From Bacillota bacterium (GTDB lineage Bacteria; Bacillota; Clostridia; Peptostreptococcales; Anaerovoracaceae): a stretch of DNA of 43,236 nucleotides. The stretch lies in the NCBI GenBank assembly GCA_017437565.1, contig JAFRYQ010000060.1, positions 1 through 43,236 of the forward strand, given 5' to 3'. The notes beneath the pieces are model-generated. The model saw only the letters and a list, made by a program, of their open reading frames with translations, made no database searches and had not been told where the DNA came from. The stretch's first letter is position 1; the number at the start of each line of letters is the position of its first letter. Shown in pieces: positions 28,514 through 41,435 of the stretch. The position numbers and the translations under genes are program-made.

Positions 28514-28554
28514 TGTTGAAACTGATGATAATTTTATCAACAGCCTGTTAATAA
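28514..28554. promoter_or_regulatory. oriC upstream part: cluster of DnaA-box-like 9-mers
   Basis: TTATCAACA (28534), reverse TTATTAACA (28546), reverse TTATCATCA (28523), reverse GTTTCAACA (28514). Confidence 0.7.
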
Positions 28555-28594
28555 CTCTTTCGATAATTTCTTAATTTCTCTTTAGATTTTCCTC

Positions 28595-28623
28595 TTGCTT
28601 TATGATAACTAACTATGTACAAT
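28595..28623 (+). promoter_or_regulatory. dnaA promoter
   Basis: TTGCTT-17-TACAAT. Confidence 0.65.
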
Positions 28624-28657
28624 AGGCTTTAGCACTTATCAGGGAGTTTATTTTGGC

Positions 28658-30004
28658 ATGGATAAAAATGATTTATGGCAGCGGGTTATGAAAGATATTA
28701 AGCCCAGTGTTACCGGGCCTACTTTTAATTCGTTCATTTCTCCGGTTCAATTATATGAAGTTACGGACAATCCGAAGATCGCCTATCTGGCTACGCCAAA
28801 GGATTTTGTCGCTAACGTGATAAAAAAGCGCTATATTCCGCTTTTAGAGAAAAGTTTCCAAAGCGTTACCGGTGAAAAATACCGGGTCGTCATTCAAACG
28901 AATAACGACTATAAAGAAAACCGCGAAAAGAACGAAGATAATAAAGCCTCGGAAGCATTTGACCTGAAGATCCGTTTTAAAAAGGAGAACATCTTCAATC
29001 CGAAGTTTACCTTCGATAATTTTGTCGTGGGGGAAAGCAATAAATACGCCAGTGCCGTCTGTAAAGCCGTAGCCCAGAATCCTTCCGACGTCTATAACCC
29101 GCTGTTCATTTATGGAAAATCCGGACTCGGAAAAACGCATCTTCTGAACGCGATCGGCATCTATATGCTGGAACATTTCGAAGATCTCAGAGTCCTTTAC
29201 GTTTCTTCGGAGACCTTCCTCAACGATTTCATCAAATCGCTGATGGACGATAAGCCCCGGGAATTTAAGAATAAATACCGCAAGACGGACGTCCTTCTCA
29301 TCGATGATATCCAGTTTTTAGAAGGAAAAGACCGCATGCAGGAGGAATTCTTCCATACCTTTGAAGACCTCTATGCGGATAATAAACAGATCATCCTCTC
29401 CGGCGACCGTCCGCCCAGCCGTCTGACTGCTCTGGATGAAAGGCTTCGTTCCCGTTTTGGCAGCAATATGGTCGCGGAGATTTTAACGCCGGATTATGAA
29501 ACGCGCGTCGCCATCCTCATGAAAAAAGCCGAGAATATGAACGTGGCTGTAGATGAGAATATCTACCGTATTTTAAGTTATATCGCCGAAAACCTGGAAA
29601 ACGTCCGGGATATGGAAGGCGCGCTTACCAGCATTCTTTCCCTTTCGCAGCTTATGAATGAAAAACCGGAACTTTCCCTGGCCAAGCGCATCGTGCGTGA
29701 CCGTACAGCAGCCAATAACGTGACGCCGGAAAAAATCAAATCCGCAGTATGCCGTCATTATAAACTGAAGGTATCGGATCTGAACGCGCAGACCAGGAAG
29801 AAGAGCATTTCCTATCCCCGGCAGATCGCCATGTACCTCTGCCGCAGCATGACGGATCTTTCTCTTCCGCAAATTGCTTCTATTTTTTCCATGATGAACC
29901 ACTCCACCGTGAAGTACGCATGTGATAAAATAGAGAGTGAACTGAAAAACGACGCCAATCTGAAAGCGGAAATCGATAAGATAAAGGAAGATATTTGCGA
30001 TTAG
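28658..30004 (+). CDS. dnaA: Chromosomal replication initiator DnaA
   Basis: FTFDNFVVG, YNPLFIYGKSGLGKTHLL, LLIDDIQF, PRQIAMYL. Confidence 0.98.
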   Translation: MDKNDLWQRVMKDIKPSVTGPTFNSFISPVQLYEVTDNPKIAYLATPKDFVANVIKKRYIPLLEKSFQSVTGEKYRVVIQTNNDYKENREKNEDNKASEAFDLKIRFKKENIFNPKFTFDNFVVGESNKYASAVCKAVAQNPSDVYNPLFIYGKSGLGKTHLLNAIGIYMLEHFEDLRVLYVSSETFLNDFIKSLMDDKPREFKNKYRKTDVLLIDDIQFLEGKDRMQEEFFHTFEDLYADNKQIILSGDRPPSRLTALDERLRSRFGSNMVAEILTPDYETRVAILMKKAENMNVAVDENIYRILSYIAENLENVRDMEGALTSILSLSQLMNEKPELSLAKRIVRDRTAANNVTPEKIKSAVCRHYKLKVSDLNAQTRKKSISYPRQIAMYLCRSMTDLSLPQIASIFSMMNHSTVKYACDKIESELKNDANLKAEIDKIKEDICD

Positions 30005-30204
30005 TTCTTTTTAGAAAAACACTTAGGAATTCTTTATTTCTAAATATGTGTTCTTTCTACCCCTTTATCAAAAGCTTTCCGTGGACGATAAATCGGAAAA
30101 AGAAGCGCCTCATGGCACTTATCAACAGTATCAACAGGCCTTATTACTATTAATACTAAATAAAAAGATATAAAAGAAAGCCGTTTCGCTTCGCAAACGA
30201 TCAA
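30005..30204. other. oriC downstream part (unwinding region): tandem DnaA boxes, GGCC, DnaA-trios, AT-rich tract
   Basis: TTATCAACA-GTATCAACA (30119-30136), GGCC, then TAT TAC TAT TAA TAC TAA (30142-30159); same layout as the Bacillus subtilis basal unwinding system. Confidence 0.85.
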
Positions 30205-30216
30205 GTGGAGGTCATT

Positions 30217-31338
30217 ATGAAATTTACCTGCTCCAGACAAGATTTAGCCAAATCCTTAAATATCGTCTCGAAAGCCGTCAGCGTACGCACGACCATTCCT
30301 TCTTTAAAAGGAATCATGATGGAAGTCAAGGACGGAGAACTCATCATGACCGCTTCGGATATGGATATCACCATTCAGGACCGCATTCAGGTCGAACAGG
30401 CGGAAGCAGGTTCGGTCATCGTACCGGCCAAGCTCTTTGGTGACGTCGTCCGCAAATTAGCCGGCGAAGAAATCGCGATCTCCGCGGATGAAAGCAGCAC
30501 GATCGAAGTGAAATGCCTGAATTCCGATTTTGTCCTGACCGGGATCCAGGCTGATGAATTCGTCAACATTAAAAATACGGATGCCAACGCGACAGAACTG
30601 GTCCTGGACCGCCACGTCTTCAGTGAAATGGTAAAAAGCACTTCTTTCGCGGCCAGTATCGATCAGACAAAAGGCGTCATCACCGGTATTTTAACGGAAC
30701 TGGATAACGATCACCTGCGCATGGTCGCGATCGACGGTTATCGCATGGCAATCGCGACGGCTCCGGCAGTCAGCCAGGAAGCAAAGAAGATCATCATCTC
30801 CGCCCGCATCATGAATGAGATCGTCAAGATCCTTGCCGATACGGAAGAACGCGCGGAAGAAGAGACGATGAAAATTACCGTCGATGCCAAGAGCGCGGTA
30901 CTGGAGACCGGGAAGACGAAAGTGATCATGCGGCTGATCGCCGGTGACTTTATCCGCTATCAGGATATCATTCCGCACGAGAGCGCTATCCGCGTCTTCG
31001 TGAACCGGAAAGAGCTGGCCGAAAGCGTCGACCGCGCTTCGCTTCTTTCCAAAGAAGGCAGAAATAATCTGATCAAACTCGCCATCCGCGATAACGTCTT
31101 GACCATTACTTCCCGTTCGGAAGAAGGAAACGTGAAAGAAGACGTTCTGATCCAGAAGGAAGGCGATGACCTCGATATCGGTTTCAATGCCAAATATATG
31201 ACCGATATGCTGCGGGCCATTAATGATGACGAGATCGTGATGAACTTTAATTCCAGCCGCACGCCCTGTCTGGTGACCCCGAAAGAAGGGGACGCTTACG
31301 AATATCTGGTGCTGCCGGTCCGCATCAGCAATATGTAA
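30217..31338 (+). CDS. dnaN: DNA polymerase III beta clamp
   Basis: MKFTCSR, MVAIDGYRMA, IGFNAKY, YLVLPVR; ATG 30217 after GGAGG. Confidence 0.97.
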   Translation: MKFTCSRQDLAKSLNIVSKAVSVRTTIPSLKGIMMEVKDGELIMTASDMDITIQDRIQVEQAEAGSVIVPAKLFGDVVRKLAGEEIAISADESSTIEVKCLNSDFVLTGIQADEFVNIKNTDANATELVLDRHVFSEMVKSTSFAASIDQTKGVITGILTELDNDHLRMVAIDGYRMAIATAPAVSQEAKKIIISARIMNEIVKILADTEERAEEETMKITVDAKSAVLETGKTKVIMRLIAGDFIRYQDIIPHESAIRVFVNRKELAESVDRASLLSKEGRNNLIKLAIRDNVLTITSRSEEGNVKEDVLIQKEGDDLDIGFNAKYMTDMLRAINDDEIVMNFNSSRTPCLVTPKEGDAYEYLVLPVRISNM

Positions 31339-31373
31339 GAAAAGCGCTTTCCATTCGGACAGGGATCCTTTTC

Positions 31374-32489
31374 ATGTACGTCTATAAGCTGGAACTGAAT
31401 CAATTCAGAAATTATGAGGAGCTTTCTTTAAGCTTTGACCGCAACGTCAATCTCTTTTTGGGAAATAACGCGCAAGGCAAGACGAATCTCCTGGAAGCGA
31501 TCTATCTCGCGGGGATGGGTCGCTCTTTTCGTACTTCTCACGATCATGAGCTGATCCGCTTCGGCAGCGATTTCGCGAAAGTAAAGGTTTACGCGCACCG
31601 CGATTATCTCGATACCCAGGTAGAGATCCGGATCAAAGCCCGGGGCAAGAGCGCCGCTGATAAATTCATCAAAAAAGACGGAAAACCGCTCAGCAAGACT
31701 TCCCAGCTTCTCTCCAATATCATGATCGTCATTTTTTCACCGGAAGACCTGAAGATCGTAAAAGATGAACCGGAAAAGCGGAGAAGGTTTATTGACCGGG
31801 AACTCTGCCAGATCTCGCCTCAATATTATAACTGCTATACGAATTACAAGAAGAGCTTACTACAGCGGAATACCTATCTGAAAGAAGAACGCATCGATCC
31901 GGAGATCATGGATATCTGGGACGTCCAGCTTTCCCGCTACGGCGCGGTGATGATCTTAATGCGCGACGCCTTTATAAAGGACCTTTCCCGGTACAGTTCT
32001 TCCATCCATGCCGGTATTACCGGAGGCAGCGAATTTCTGAAACTGGTCTATGAGCCAAGCGTTAAAGTGTGCGCGGAGGCAGAAGAACAGGAAGAGGCCT
32101 TCTATTCCGCTTTGAAAAAGTCTTATGACAGCGACGTGCGCACGCGGAATACCGGTGTCGGCCCGCACCGCGACGACGTCAGTTTCTATGTGAACGATAT
32201 CGATATGCGCGCCTTCGGTTCCCAGGGGCAGCAGCGGACCTGCGCGCTGTCACTGAAGCTGGCGGAACTGAATCTGATCAAAGAGGAGACCGGCGAAGAC
32301 GCGATCCTTCTCCTGGACGACGTGATGAGCGAACTGGATGCCAGCCGGCAGGAATTCCTGATCGATACCATGAAGAAAAACCAGCTTTTTATCACCACCA
32401 CAGACATCGATCCCAAGATTTTGAACCGTTTTCAGGACGCTGCCGTTTTCCACGTGAAAGAGGGAAAAATCAGCAAGGAAAAAGTCTGA
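31374..32489 (+). CDS. recF: DNA replication/repair protein RecF
   Basis: GNNAQGKTNLLEA, GPHRDD, GSQGQQR, LLLDDVMSELD. Confidence 0.97.
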   Translation: MYVYKLELNQFRNYEELSLSFDRNVNLFLGNNAQGKTNLLEAIYLAGMGRSFRTSHDHELIRFGSDFAKVKVYAHRDYLDTQVEIRIKARGKSAADKFIKKDGKPLSKTSQLLSNIMIVIFSPEDLKIVKDEPEKRRRFIDRELCQISPQYYNCYTNYKKSLLQRNTYLKEERIDPEIMDIWDVQLSRYGAVMILMRDAFIKDLSRYSSSIHAGITGGSEFLKLVYEPSVKVCAEAEEQEEAFYSALKKSYDSDVRTRNTGVGPHRDDVSFYVNDIDMRAFGSQGQQRTCALSLKLAELNLIKEETGEDAILLLDDVMSELDASRQEFLIDTMKKNQLFITTTDIDPKILNRFQDAAVFHVKEGKISKEKV

Positions 32490-32537
32490 AAAATTGTCGG
32501 AAATCATATAGGGAAAAATTACATAGCTCAGAGAATT

Positions 32538-32564
32538 AAAAAACCGCCTTTCGGCGGTTTTTTT
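32538..32564. terminator. Bidirectional terminator after recF
   Basis: aaaaaaccgcc-tttc-ggcggttttttt. Confidence 0.9.
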
Positions 32565-32601
32565 ATGTTTTCCTGTTATTTTTAATATCGCGCCTAAAAA
32601 C

Positions 32602-32630
32602 TTGAATTAAAGCCTTATTTATAGTAAAAT
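32602..32630 (+). promoter_or_regulatory. gyrB promoter
   Basis: TTGAAT-17-TAAAAT. Confidence 0.65.
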
Positions 32631-32681
32631 AAACGTGATATATATTAAATAATAATGTAGAAAAAAGAAACGTAACGATAG

Positions 32682-34634
<1,953 letters not shown>

Positions 34635-34650
34635 GAAGGAGGGAAGAAGA

Positions 34651-37143
<2,493 letters not shown>

Positions 37144-37548
37144 ATGGATACGCTGAAATTTGTCATTCCCGGAAAGCCGGAATACATGACGATGGTCCGT
37201 CTGGCGACCGGCGCGCTGGCCGCTAAGGCGGGATTTACGCTGGATGACGCGGAAGACGTGAAAATGGCGGTGGCGGAAGCCTGTAAGAACGTTTCCTGCC
37301 ACGGCCAGGAGGGCTACAGCGATAAATACGAGATCGAATGCAATATCGACCACGGCTTTTTCGAAGTGACGGTCATCGACGCCTGCGACCATCATTCGCT
37401 GGAAAAAGTAAGCCCCCAGTGCCGCAACTGCCCGCAGGAAGGGGACATCGGTTTTATCATGCTCCGCTCGCTCATGACCTGCGTTGAACTCGGTCACGAC
37501 GATCAGGGCCACAAGTTTATCACGATGGTGAAGAAAGAACAGAGATGA
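37144..37548 (+). CDS. RsbW/SpoIIAB-like anti-sigma factor (HATPase_c_2 fold), degenerate and Cys/His-rich
   Basis: IPGKPEY...VRL...G.A...GF..DD.EDVKMAVAEAC.N...H and LRSLM..VE match RsbW; overlaps the sigma factor start. Confidence 0.82.
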   Translation: MDTLKFVIPGKPEYMTMVRLATGALAAKAGFTLDDAEDVKMAVAEACKNVSCHGQEGYSDKYEIECNIDHGFFEVTVIDACDHHSLEKVSPQCRNCPQEGDIGFIMLRSLMTCVELGHDDQGHKFITMVKKEQR

Positions 37549-38288
37549 CAGACCAGGAACTGTTTGAACGTTACAAACAAGATCCCTCGCCCGAGAACCG
37601 TAACGCCATCGTCGAGAAAAATCTCTATATGGTGGATATCCTGATTCGGAAATATCTCGGGAAGGGCGTGGATTACGACGATCTCTATCAGATCGGCGCG
37701 CTGGCTCTCGTCTCCGCGGTGGAACGCTTTGATCCGTCGAAAGGCTATGAGTTCAGCTCTTTTGCCACGCCTACCATCCTCGGGGAGATCAAGAAATATT
37801 TCCGCGACAAGCAGTGGAGCCTGAAGGTACCGCGGCGGCTGAAGGAGATCGCCGCCAAGGTACAGGAGGTCAGCGATAATTTCTACGCGGAAAACCAGAG
37901 GAGCGCGACGGTCGCCGAGATCGCCCAGCTCACCGGCTTCACGGAGGAGCAGATCATCGAGGCCATCGACGGCTCCCACGCCTACGGCACCTATTCGCTG
38001 GATAAGACTTTTGACGATGCCGGCGAAGACGGGGAGAACGCCTTTCTGGAAAAGTATACCGGTTTCGACGAGGCGGGTTATGCCGAAATCGAGACGGCGG
38101 AGATCATCGACAAAGTCGTCGGTAAGCTGAGCGATCAGCATAAGTATATTTTCCGGGAACGTTTCCTGAATAACCGGTCCCAGTCCGAGATCGCGAAAGA
38201 ACTGGGCGTTTCCCAGATGACGGTTTCCCGGGCGGAAAAAAGCATCGTAGCCAAGTTCCGCGCGGAACTGGCCGGAAAGAGCGCCTAA
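37545..38288 (+). CDS. sigB: SigB/SigF/SigG-family sigma factor, most like SigB
   Basis: YDDLYQIG, AVERFDPSKGYEFSSFATPTILGEIKKYFRDK.WSLKVPRRL, SQSEIAKELGVSQMTVSR. Confidence 0.85.
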   Translation: MTDQELFERYKQDPSPENRNAIVEKNLYMVDILIRKYLGKGVDYDDLYQIGALALVSAVERFDPSKGYEFSSFATPTILGEIKKYFRDKQWSLKVPRRLKEIAAKVQEVSDNFYAENQRSATVAEIAQLTGFTEEQIIEAIDGSHAYGTYSLDKTFDDAGEDGENAFLEKYTGFDEAGYAEIETAEIIDKVVGKLSDQHKYIFRERFLNNRSQSEIAKELGVSQMTVSRAEKSIVAKFRAELAGKSA

Positions 38289-38290
38289 AC

Positions 38291-38314
38291 AGCTCCCGGA
38301 AGGAGCTTTGTTTT
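38291..38314 (+). terminator. Terminator after sigB
   Basis: agctcc-cggaa-ggagct-ttgtttt. Confidence 0.55.
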
Positions 38315-38354
38315 CCTGTGTGTGTGGCCCGGCGGGCCGGAAGGAGAATGTGAT

Positions 38355-39149
38355 ATGAGAACAGAAGACGTCAGGATCGGCTTCATCGGTTTTGGCAATA
38401 TGGGCAGCGCCATCTGCGACGGCATGCTCGCCGCGGGCGTGATCCCGCCCGAGAACGTCAACGCCTGTGCCCACGATTGGGAGAAGCTCCTCGACAATAC
38501 CGAGAAGCGCGGCATCAACGCCTGCATGACCGCCGGCGAAACGGCTGAGAATTCCGACCTGATCGTCGTGGCGGTCAAACCTTATATGGTACGGACCGTG
38601 CTGGAGCCGATCAAGGATAAGCTGATCGGAAAAGCCGTCGTCTCCATCGCCGCCGGCTGCGGGTTCGACTTCTATGAAGACTTCCTGATCGAAGGCACCA
38701 ACCACATCTCGACGGTGCCGAACACGCCGGTCGCGATCGGCCGCGGCATCATCGTGACGGAAGAAAAGCACAGCCTGACCGACGAGCAGCTGGCCGTTTT
38801 CGAAGAGCTGTTCGGGGCCATCGGCGTCGTAGAATACGTGGATGCCGCGCACGTCTCCGTCGCCGGGACCCTGTCCGGCTGCGGCCCGGCCTTCGCCGCC
38901 ATGTTCATCGAAGCCCTGGGCGATGCCGGAGTGAAATACGGCCTGAAGCGTCCCGTCGCTTACCGCCTGGCCGCGCAGATGATCGCCGGCACCGGCAGCC
39001 TCTACATGGAGACCGGCACCCATCCCGGCGCCATGAAGGACGCCGTCTGTTCACCCGGCGGCACCACCATCCGCGGCGTCTCCGCTCTGGAGGAGTACGG
39101 CTTCCGGAATGCCCTCATCAAAGCCATCGACGCCATCGAAGGAAAATAA
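38355..39149 (+). CDS. proC: Pyrroline-5-carboxylate reductase
   Basis: IGFIGFGNMG, AVKP, PNTP, SGCGPA, VCSPGGTTI; start moved to ATG 38355 after AAGGAG. Confidence 0.95.
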   Translation: MRTEDVRIGFIGFGNMGSAICDGMLAAGVIPPENVNACAHDWEKLLDNTEKRGINACMTAGETAENSDLIVVAVKPYMVRTVLEPIKDKLIGKAVVSIAAGCGFDFYEDFLIEGTNHISTVPNTPVAIGRGIIVTEEKHSLTDEQLAVFEELFGAIGVVEYVDAAHVSVAGTLSGCGPAFAAMFIEALGDAGVKYGLKRPVAYRLAAQMIAGTGSLYMETGTHPGAMKDAVCSPGGTTIRGVSALEEYGFRNALIKAIDAIEGK

Positions 39150-39167
39150 AAGAAACCGGATATTATG

Positions 39168-39200
39168 AAAGGGGAGCTGCCGTCGCAGCTCCCTTTTTTT
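39168..39200. terminator. Bidirectional terminator between proC and the kinase gene
   Basis: aaaggggagctgc-cgtc-gcagctcccttttttt. Confidence 0.88.
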
Positions 39201-39227
39201 GTCGATCTGGCGGGATAACCGGAAAAA

Positions 39228-40607
39228 CTATACTCTCGGCAGCAAAACAGTAAAGCGGGAGCCTTCGCCCACCTGGCTTTCGACGGAGACGCTGCCGCCG
39301 TGGGCTTCCGCGATCCAGCGCACCATAGAGAGACCGAGGCCGAAGCTTTCGTCGGGAGCGGCGACGGAATGATCGCGGGATTTATCCGCTTTATAGAAGC
39401 GTTCAAAGATGTGATCGAGATCACTTTCTGCGATGCCGATGCCGTTATCAGCGACTTCGATCCGGGCCTTTCCGTCTTCGCAGCTTAAGGCAAACGAGAC
39501 GGAGGGCTCGTTTTTATTTGGATCGCGGTATTTGACCGCGTTATTGATCAGATTGATGAGCAGGCGCATGAGCAGCGTTTCATCACCGCGCACCAGGACG
39601 TCCGGCGCGATATCCCAGGTCAGCCGGACGCCTTTCCCGGCGGCGACGCCTTCCATTTCACAACAGATGCTCTCGCAGAGCAGGGAGAGGTCGAGTTCTT
39701 CCTCTTCGATCATGGAGGCTGCGTCGAGCTGGCGGGAGAGCTTCAGGAGCTGCTCGATCATGGACATGATACGGCGGCACTGGCTCTGAATGGTGGAGAG
39801 CGCTTCCCGGTATTCGGAAGGTGTCCGGTCCTGTTCCAGCTCGTGTTCACATTCGGCCAGGATGACCGAGACCGGCGTCCGCAGTTCGTGGGAAACGTCA
39901 GCGCTGAAATTCTTCTCGGCCAGGAAGGCGCCTTCCAGGCGGCCGATCATCTCATTCAGCGTTTCGGAGAGGTCGTAGAGTTCGTCTTTGTTTTCCGGAA
40001 GGGGCAGACGGCGCGAGAGATCGCCGCCGCCGGTGATCTGTTCGGCGGCCCGCGTGATGCCGGTCACCGGGTCCAGGGCCCGGCGGGCGATGAGGATGCC
40101 GCCGAGGATGGCCAAAAGCGCCAGGATCGGCAGTCCGGTCATGAGGATCCGGGCCGTCCGGGTCGTTTGCGAATAGTTCCGGTCGATGGTATAGATGCCG
40201 CGGATATACAGAGCCTGGCCATTTTCATAGGGGTTGCGCAGGTCGTAGAGGAGATATTCCCCGTCAGTTCCGGCAATCTGCTTAAAGGTGCCGCTTTCTA
40301 GCGGCAGGTTCTTCGGGAGATCCGCCGGCGGCGCGCCTTTCAGGCGGACCCCGCTCGCATCATAGAGGATGAGGGAGACGCCGCTGCGGTAAACGCTGAA
40401 GCCGGTCGGGATCTGCGGGTCGCCGGCGGGATCAGACGGGATCTCGCTGAAGCCGGCCTGCACGACCTGCAGGAGGTTTTCCCGGGCCCGGGCCTGCGAA
40501 AACTGCGAGGAATTGAAATAGATCAGCGCGCAGGAAGCCAGCACGATCACGGCGAGGACCGCGGTATAGTAGATGGTAAGCCTGGTTTTAATGGGACGGT
40601 TCTTCAT
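39228..40607 (-). CDS. Two-component sensor histidine kinase (2 TM, HAMP, HisKA, HATPase)
   Basis: SHELRTP, NLINNAVKY, DNGIGI, FERFYK, GLGLS. Confidence 0.95.
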   Translation of the reverse strand: MKNRPIKTRLTIYYTAVLAVIVLASCALIYFNSSQFSQARARENLLQVVQAGFSEIPSDPAGDPQIPTGFSVYRSGVSLILYDASGVRLKGAPPADLPKNLPLESGTFKQIAGTDGEYLLYDLRNPYENGQALYIRGIYTIDRNYSQTTRTARILMTGLPILALLAILGGILIARRALDPVTGITRAAEQITGGGDLSRRLPLPENKDELYDLSETLNEMIGRLEGAFLAEKNFSADVSHELRTPVSVILAECEHELEQDRTPSEYREALSTIQSQCRRIMSMIEQLLKLSRQLDAASMIEEEELDLSLLCESICCEMEGVAAGKGVRLTWDIAPDVLVRGDETLLMRLLINLINNAVKYRDPNKNEPSVSFALSCEDGKARIEVADNGIGIAESDLDHIFERFYKADKSRDHSVAAPDESFGLGLSMVRWIAEAHGGSVSVESQVGEGSRFTVLLPRV

Positions 40608-40624
40608 CGTTTTCTATTCTTTGA

Positions 40625-41302
40625 TCATTCTTTGATCGTATAGCCCATGCCGCGGACGGTCTCGATCCGCTTGCCGTAGCCGGGGGCGGCTTTCTCCAGT
40701 TTATTGCGCAGATTGCGGATATAGACGTCGACGATATTGCTGCTGCCTTCGTAATCGTAATTCCAGATGTGCTTTTCGATCTTCTCGCGGGACAGCACCG
40801 CGCCTTTATTCAGGAGCAGGAACTCGAGGATCGAAAACTCCCGCGCCGTAAAGCGGATCTCTTCGCCGCGGATGGTGACCACGCGTTTTTTCATATCCAG
40901 CACCAGGTCGCCGGTCACGAGCAGGTTGCCGGCGGTGCCGCTCCCCTGCCGGCGGATCAGTACCCGGATGCGGGCGTTCAGTTCCGCCAGCGCGAAAGGC
41001 TTGGTCAGATAGTCATCCGCACCGGAGTCGAGGCCGCGGATCTTGTCGGCGACCGTGTCTTTCGCGGTCAGCAGGATGACCGGGGTCTCGTTGCCGGCGC
41101 CACGCAGGGCCTTCAGCACGGCAATGCCGTCGCGTCCGGGCAGCATGACGTCCAGCACGATCACGTCGTACTCCGTACCGGCGGTGTAAGCGAGGGCATC
41201 GTTCCCGTCAAAGCAGACGTCGGTGGTAAATCCCTGTTCTTCCAGATATTTGGCTACGGTGCGCGCCAGGCGCTTTTCATCGTCTACGATCAGGATCTTC
41301 AT
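40625..41302 (-). CDS. OmpR-family response regulator
   Basis: ILIVDDE, LDVMLP, LLTAKD, GADDYLTKPF, ETVRGMGY. Confidence 0.96.
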   Translation of the reverse strand: MKILIVDDEKRLARTVAKYLEEQGFTTDVCFDGNDALAYTAGTEYDVIVLDVMLPGRDGIAVLKALRGAGNETPVILLTAKDTVADKIRGLDSGADDYLTKPFALAELNARIRVLIRRQGSGTAGNLLVTGDLVLDMKKRVVTIRGEEIRFTAREFSILEFLLLNKGAVLSREKIEKHIWNYDYEGSSNIVDVYIRNLRNKLEKAAPGYGKRIETVRGMGYTIKE

Positions 41303-41435
41303 AATGCCAGCAGGCCCCTTTCCGTTTCAGGCTTTTTCCCATCATAGCACAGGAAAGATAAATTTTTGATGAAAACGACCTATTTCGGGCGGCCTCATAC
41401 TATAATATAACAGAAAACCAAAGCGGAGGGCAAAT

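Noticed and set aside
32446-32461. parS-like TTTTCCACGTGAAAGA inside recF
   Set aside because: Two mismatches at conserved positions and within coding sequence; cannot be supported without ParB binding data.
37144-38288. spoIIAB-sigF sporulation operon
   Set aside because: No spoIIAA; the PTILGEIKKYFRDK and SQMTVSR motifs, the RsbW-type N-terminus and the position after gyrA fit SigB better.
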